A stretch of DNA of 64,000 bases. Source: the human T2T-CHM13v2.0 reference genome, Homo sapiens. Within the stretch, counting starts at the first letter, position 1. Each line of letters opens with the position of its first letter. Location of the stretch: assembly GCF_009914755.1 (NCBI RefSeq), contig NC_060938.1, one strand, 5' to 3'. Below the pieces are notes generated by a model that searched no databases, was not told the origin of the DNA, and saw only the letters and a program-made list of their open reading frames with translations. The translations under genes were made by a program, and so were the position numbers. Shown here in pieces: positions 57,170 to 64,000 of this stretch.

Positions 57170-57670
57170 AGGTTCATTCATCCCTCTGTTCATTCAACAA
57201 ATACATATTAAACATATACAACGGGCCAAGTGTTTTCCTAAGCACTATACAGTGGAGTATGTAGAGTAGAAAAGAGAGGAGTCCCGTCTCTAATATTTAC
57301 CAGCTGTGTTGTCTCTGGCAAACAAACAGCTTCTCTAAATTTTGCATTGATCAGCAACATTAGATCAAGAAAACTATCCACCTTGTGGGGTTATTGAGAA
57401 GAACAAATAACATAGTGTTTTTACCTGAATGTGATTTGTAAACATTCAAGTGCTACACAAATGTAAATTATTACTGATTCTCATAACAACCTTATATGGC
57501 AAACAAGGCAGTATTTTTGCAATAGTCTCATTTTTTATTTTTTTAAAAAACAACAACTCAGAAAGGATGAATGATTTGTCCCCCAGTCATACAGTTAGTA
57601 AGTAGCAGAGCCAGAGCTGCATCTCAGGTCTTTGGGCCAACATCCTAGCCCTATTTCCATGGCACACATT
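57170..57670. mobile_element. Cluster of an L2 tail (-), MIR (+) and MIR (-) fragments
   Basis: ttcattcaacaaatacatatt; tttaccagctgtgt; gtcatacagttagtaagtagcagagcc. Confidence 0.6.
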
Positions 57671-57762
57671 CTTTAAATAGTTCAATTTATATTTTATGAA
57701 TTAATGAAATTATGCTTATGGAACCCTTTTAACATCTTTGGCAAAAGATCCAGAGAAGTATT

Positions 57763-58207
57763 TGCATTTGTTTCACAGGGCTGCCGTAACTAAGTACCAC
57801 AAACTGGGTGGCATAAAAACAGAAATTTATTCTCTCACGGTCTGATATCAAGGTGTCAGCAGGACCATGCTCCCTCTGAAAGTTCTAGGGAAGAATGGTT
57901 CTTCGCTTACTTCTAGCTTCTGGTGTTTGCCCACAGTCCTTGGCATTCCTTTGCTTATACATGAACCACTCTAATATCCACCTCCATCATCACATGGTGT
58001 TCTCCCTGTGTCTGCGTGTTTGTGTGTAAATTACCTCTCTTTCAGGAAACCAGCTATCGTATTAGGGCCCACTCTACTCCAGTATGACCTCATCATAGCT
58101 TGATTACATATGCAAAGACCCTATTTCCAAATTAAGGTCACTTTCACAAGTACAGGGGTTTAAGACTTAAACATCTCTTTTGGGGGAATACAATTCAACT
58201 CACAACA
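57763..58207 (-). mobile_element. MLT1C LTR
   Basis: gggctgccgtaactaagtaccacaaactgggtggc...caaagaccctatttccaaa...caattcaactcacaACA; TSD GTATT/GTATC. Confidence 0.9.
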
Positions 58208-58829
58208 GTATCTCAAAGGTCTAAAAACATATCCCAAAGAACAAGCCAGAAGAAGAAGTTAACATTGTTGGAAAGTATGCATGTCCAAAGACAGTCCAGC
58301 TGCACATGGAACAGACATAAACCAGAGTTTCCCTTGCAACTGACAAACAAGTAAAAAGAGAATCAACCTAAAGCCATGGAATTGTCATTTTGGTGAAAAA
58401 GAGTTTGGCAAATGCCCTGATTTCCCTGAGAGGCAAATTGATTCATAAAGTAATCTACCTTAACCGGCATTATATAATCCCGCTAAAGGATGTGCAATGA
58501 AAGCAGTGATGCAAGCAGGGCAGAGCTCAGGGAGAAATCTTGCCCTACATTGTTATGCAGCACTACTGCGAAGCTGGCACACCTTTCTGCTTGCGCTGCC
58601 TCTAGCACCTCACCCAGCAACTAACCCAGTTTAGTCAGACCTTCCAACGTTAAGGGAGGTTCTATATTTAGACAATGTTCCCTGCCTGAGGATGAACTGT
58701 ACTGGCTGCAGTGTCACACCTTAACATAGCACTGTTCCTAATCTTTGTTTGTTGGGGGAAACCAGCAGCCTTCTCTGGCACATGAACTTAGAGAGACCCC
58801 AGAAGCTCATCTAATTCAACTCCTTTTTA

Positions 58830-59100
58830 CAGCATCCAAGTGCAGACTTTGGAGCCACTGCCTGGGTTTGAACCATAGTCCCAACACTTTCTAGCTCTGG
58901 GACTATGGTTCTTACCATAGGGTGTCTTTGGACTAGTTCCTCAACCTCTTCTTTGCCTCATTTTTCTCATCTCTAAAATGCAGACAATAGTACTATTTAC
59001 ATCAAAGGGCATTTGAAATGGTGAGTAGTCTATGTAAAGCACTAAATCAGTGCCTGGAACATAGTAAATTCAAAAGAAACTTTAGTCATTACTATTTTTA
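58830..59100 (+). mobile_element. MIR, apparently nested in a minus-strand MIR (~58780-59190)
   Basis: cagactttggagccactgcctgggtttgaa...ctcatctctaaaatg...cagtgcctggaacatagtaa; flanked by ccttttta | cagatgtgcacactaaggctcagaga. Confidence 0.8.
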
Positions 59101-60630
59101 TTGTTTCAGATGTGCACACTAAGGCTCAGAGACATGATATGAGCTGCCCAGGTTAACCAGCAATTTAATACACACTCAGACCTGGAATTGGTCTATTGGG
59201 GCACTACCCTCTTATTTGGTCTATAGTTAGTACACTTAGAGTAGCTCCTTTGAGATGGATAAGAAAGGTAGGAGTCATGCCTCACCAGTTCTATCGCTCT
59301 GGCTTTACTTTGTTTCCCAGACTGTATAATTGTCACTGTGAAATTTTGGGGATGGTCCTGGGAGGATGAGATAATAACAATAACAACAAGTTAGATTGGA
59401 GGGGTGTGAGACAAAAGGCAAGAAAACCACTTAGTGGCCATTACAATAGTCCAGCTGATAAACAATTAGATGAGAAGGGAAGAAAGATTGGGGAAATTAA
59501 GTTTATTTTAAACATCATAATAAACCAAGGTGGCTTATTACTAGCAAAAAGCGCAAGGCCAGCCAAAATATAAGTGCCTTACCTGATAAGAGCATGAAGG
59601 AGGACTGTAGGCATGCATGACTGGTTTGGTAAAAGCATGTGATTACTTCAACCGGTTAGAAGTTAGGAGTAATGTAGAACTGCTGAGATACCTAAGTGGA
59701 ATCATGTGAGATTTCAGCAACTATATAAATCACATGAGGAATGTGAGGCAGGGGAGGGGGACTGTGGGAAGATTTACCCTTTCATCCTGCATCTATGCAA
59801 GAGGGTAGTAACAACTGAGGGTTGACAAACCCAAGAAAGCACCCTGATCTACACAGCACAGGAGAGACTTGTGTGGCACCAAATACTAGAAATATCTTGA
59901 GGAAAGGGACAGATGAATTTTCCTTAGGAAAAGGAAGGAAACTAATATTTTAAAAATATCTCTGTGCTCCAGGCATGTCAGCTCGTCTAATCAAATTCTT
60001 GGGCCCCATGCCAGACCTCAAATTATAAAGGAGTTTAAATGGGGGTGCCCCCACTTTATAAGGAAGAGGAAGTATTGATATAAACTGGTAGGTGATTGGA
60101 TGTGGGGATAAAAGGAAATGAGTCCTTGAGGATGATGCCCCAACTTCTGATGAGCAGTTTGGAAGATAGAGGCATTTCCCAGCATTTGGAATTAACAAAA
60201 AGCATTCCACATTCACTTCTGATTCTTTTAAAATACCTGAAGAGACTAGTAATCACAATAGCAGATATTTACTGTTCATACCCACTTTCTTATTTAGTCC
60301 TCAAAACATCTCTAGTAGGTAAATTATTCTTGTGTTTATTTTACAGATAAAATAATCAAGATTCAGAGAGATCACAGAACTCTGGTTTCCTGACACCATA
60401 TTATCAGCACTTCAAGTCTGTCAGGGTCATGGCAACAAGTCTTGAGGGGAAAGAGAACCAAATATGGCAGTAATCAAGGAAGCCACACCCAGAGGAGCTC
60501 TAGTCTAGAGTACAGTTGGGACCCTTGGCTTCAAAATGCCACATCCAACTGGTAGGATAAGGAAAAAGTTCCAGCTTCACTCTATTCATAGTTTGTCGAT
60601 CTTTGGCATGCTCAGAATGTGGGCCTTTGG

Positions 60631-61193
60631 CAAAATACGAAATCAATCTAATTGTCTATCAACAGATGAATAGATAAAGAAAATGTGATACATATACACA
60701 ATGGAATAGTATTCGTCTTTTAAAAAAAGAAGGAAGTTCTGTAATTTGCCACAACATGGATGAATCTGGAGGCATGTTAAGTGAAATAGGCACAGAAATA
60801 CTACTTGCTCTCACGTCTACGTGGAATCCAAAACAGTCAAATCCATAGATGTAGAGAGTAGAATGGTGGTTACCAGGTGGTATGGAGTGGGGAATGGGGA
60901 GATATTGATCAAAGGGTACAAAGTTTCAGTTAGACAGTGGGGAAGGTTTTCAAAATCTATTGCTTAGCATCATGACCATGGTTAGTAATAATAATAACGT
61001 ATGTTTTTAAATTGCTAAAAGAGTAGATTTTAAATGTTCTCACTGCAAAAAAATGTTAAGAATGTAAGGTGATTGATATGTTCATTAGTTTGATATAATC
61101 ATTCCACAATGTATACGTATATCAAAATATCACATTGTACCCCATAAATATATATATTATTTGTCAATTAAAAATAAAACTTTGAACAAAAAT
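60631..61193 (+). mobile_element. L1MA (MA5-8-like) 3' end
   Basis: tcaaagggtacaaagtttcagttagac, ttgctaaaagagtagattttaaatgttctcac; perfect TSD AATGTGGGCCTTTGG at 60616-60630 and 61194-61208. Confidence 0.92.
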
Positions 61194-61224
61194 AATGTGG
61201 GCCTTTGGAATATCCTAAAGCAAA

Positions 61225-62010
61225 TTCATTCATTCATTCACAAATATTTTTTAGTGCATACTATTGCCACGCTGGCCCTGTTCTAAAGGCTGGGGATACA
61301 GCCTAGGACAACACAGCCAAGGTCCCAATGCTCTGGCATTTACAGAAGGAAACAGACAATAAGCAAGTAAACAAAGAAGATACTTTCAGACAGTGATGAC
61401 ATTCTACAAAGAAAGTAAATCTGAGGCAGCTGGTGCAGGGAATATGAGAGAGTATTCAGCGTCATGGGGAGGGTGCGTACGAGAATGCACTTTCATCTAC
61501 ATGGTTCAGGAGAGTCTTGTGTGGTGAAAGAAGAGAGCTTTGCTAAGATCTGAGCAGAGCATTTTCCAGGGAAAGAGAAGAGCAGATACAAGACCCCGAG
61601 GGTAGGCCAAGTCAGAGTCTATGGAAGGACAGCAGGATATAAAGCTGGAGAGATAGACAGGGAACAGTCTATGTAGGTTTTAGCATGCTAAGAGGTTTAG
61701 ACTTCATTCTAAATTCAAAGGAAAACCAGCGTAGCGGTTTAGGTACAAGAGTTATTTATGTTTTTAAAAGATTCCTGTGGCTGCCACATAGAGAATGGAT
61801 TGCAGGTAGCCCAAATGATAGCCACGAGAATAGTTAGGAGACTATTCCATAGCCTAAGATGAGGCATGCTAGTGGCTTGGATAAGGTTGAAAGCAGTGGA
61901 AATGAAAAGAAGTAGATGGAAGTGAATGAATACAGCATATCCCATATTTTGGGCAGAAAGCTAATGGACTAGATGTGGAGAGAAGCAGGAAAAAGGGGCT
62001 CATGAATGGA
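61225..62010 (-). mobile_element. L2
   Basis: ttcattcattcattcacaaatatt, ggctggggatacag, agttaggagactattccatagcctaagatgag. Confidence 0.8.
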
Positions 62011-62049
62011 GTCATGTTGCAATATATGTGCATTAATCATCTGCTAGAG

Positions 62050-62306
62050 CAGCATCTTCTAGAATACATATATTTTAACCATGACCTATAGTAAATAATG
62101 CATCATGACCCAGGAAACAGTATGTAATAGAAACAAACCATCATGAAACAGCATTGATTTTTACCACACGTAGTACACTCTGAATAGATCCTGTTCCTGG
62201 CTGCACCACCACCAACACCTTTTTTTTTTTCAAATTCTGATCACAACTGATTAAATTGATTTCATGACCTATCAATGGGTCATGACTCACAGTTTGAAAA
62301 TCTATG
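62050..62306. mobile_element. hAT-Charlie-type non-autonomous element
   Basis: ttaaattgatttcatgacctatcaatgggtcatgactcacagtttgaaaa terminus; subfamily not assigned. Confidence 0.55.
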
Positions 62307-62309
62307 CTG

Positions 62310-62614
62310 GACTGGACACAGTGCCTCTGCCTGTAATCCCACACTTTGGGAGGCCAAGGCGAGCAGATCACTTGAGCCCAGGAGTTCGAAACCAGCCTGA
62401 GCAACAGGGTGAAATCTAGTTTCTACAAAAAACAAAACAAAACAAAACAAAAAACCAGCTGGGTGTGGTGGCATGTGCCTGTAATCCCACTCACTCAAGA
62501 AGCTGAGGTGGGAGGATCACTTGAGCCCAAGATGCCAAGGCTTCAGCAAGCTGAGATCATGCCACTGCACTCCAGCCTGGGTGACAGAGTGAGACCCTGT
62601 CTCAAAAAAGAAAA
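62310..62614 (+). mobile_element. AluJ
   Basis: cacttgagcccaggagttc, ggtgggaggatcacttgagccc, gagaccctgtctc; TSD GAAAATCTATGCTG at 62296-62309 and 62615-62628. Confidence 0.93.
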
Positions 62615-63659
62615 GAAAATCTATGCTGGAAGGTCACAGAAGATTGTTTTATAGGTCTGAGTGTACGTTTTCCTAAACCTCCTTTCTCAGAAAGTTTATG
62701 CTTCTCTAGCCTCACTCTGTGTGGTTTGCTATGATTTGCATGCATTTGAACTCTCTACATCTGTATAAAGCATTCATTGCTTGTAGTTTCTCAAAGGATG
62801 CTTTTAACTCAAGTGTTAGTCCATCTGTTAAGACCTATTTATTGCTTTTTAAGAGAAAAAATTAAAAGCATATTAGGAATTCTAGGCTCATAATAACCAG
62901 GATTTTTTTTTTCCTTTTGTAAAACCCTTCCATCTGTCTGCCCTCTTTTGGACATAACTCAAATAGGAGCACACATCTCATCAAATCAAATGTGGGTGCT
63001 GTCAAAAAGTCTGCCAAAATATCATGCCATTTGCTTTTTTTAAAAAGAAGAATTAAAATCAGATTTAACAAAATTAGTTATTTGTTTTGTTGCTTTTCTT
63101 TCCATCCATTACAGAAACATAGACCTCAATTTACTACATGCAGGTTTATACAGTGGCCTTCTAGGGGTATTCCCAAATTACCCTAAGATAAACTAGATAG
63201 CACAGTTTTACTGGGGCAAAAATTAGCAGTAGAGAAAGAAACCATTGCAGGAGGACAGAGAGAACCAGAGGCTCTAGCTCTGAACCCCATAGGACAGAAA
63301 CCCCAGGGTGAGGGCAATTACCCCATCTGGCTTTTCTCTCTCCTGCAGAGCCTAGCCCAGAGGAGTTTGCTCGGTACCCTGGCAAGTCATTTAATCTTTG
63401 ACTAGTTCTTCTTGACCTAATCTTGTGATTTAAAATAATAGCTGTCTAACTACTCTTCCAAAGATCTTCTGAGAATAATCAGGAATTAAAGAGTCACATA
63501 TAAGAACATAAAGGAACTAACAGCTACTGCTCAGTTATCAGACAAAAAGCCCTGAAGTCTCTTGGACAGCCCTTCCTGGCAAAGATGGGTGATCCATGGT
63601 CTCAGGACTATGACTCCCCCGTAGCCAAGGGTGCTATAGCCTTAAAAACCTGCAGTGGT

Positions 63660-63905
63660 GGCAGGTGCTATGCAATGGTTAAGAGCAAAGATTCTGGTCA
63701 AGTAGACCCTGGTATTAAAATTTTGGCTCTACCATTTAGCTCTGTTTGACCTTGCACATATCACATAATCCTAATCCTCAGTTTTCTCATTAGGATGTTG
63801 GGAGATTAAATGAGAATAAATCATACAGAGCACTTGGCAAACCCTCTAGGAAAAATGAAACACACAAATGGCAGATACTATTGTTATTGTTACTGCTGTT
63901 ATTAT
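63660..63905 (+). mobile_element. MIR
   Basis: atggttaagagcaaagattctgg...ggctctaccatttagctctgtttgaccttg...cctcagttttctcat. Confidence 0.8.
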
Positions 63906-64000
63906 GAAAGAAAATCGCTCAAGTATGTTATAGGGGTAGAGCAATAAAAATGTGAAGTCTGTAAAAAAGGAAAAAGGTGTGCTTCAGATAAATATAATGA

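Overview
Primate (human-like) nuclear DNA: AT-rich, CpG-depleted and dense in interspersed repeats (Alu, L1, L2, MIR, MaLR/ERVL LTRs, hAT and TcMar DNA transposons). I find no intact protein-coding gene, RNA gene or CRISPR array; the supplied ORFs are repeat-derived or chance. The one gene-derived element I recognise is an old, heavily decayed, intronless copy of ZFYVE21 (~23.0-24.27 kb, +) that splits an L2. Other structure: a 5'-deleted ERVL provirus carrying a nested MSTA LTR that carries an AluY; a 5'-truncated L1PA4-like insertion with a 15-bp TSD and a probable short 3' transduction; several template-switch-type local duplications or inversions; a strong CTCF motif; and a few candidate non-coding exons on both strands. 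Repeat subfamily names come from recalled consensus sequences, not a search. Boundaries of old repeats are approximate. I see no evidence of a novel biological system.
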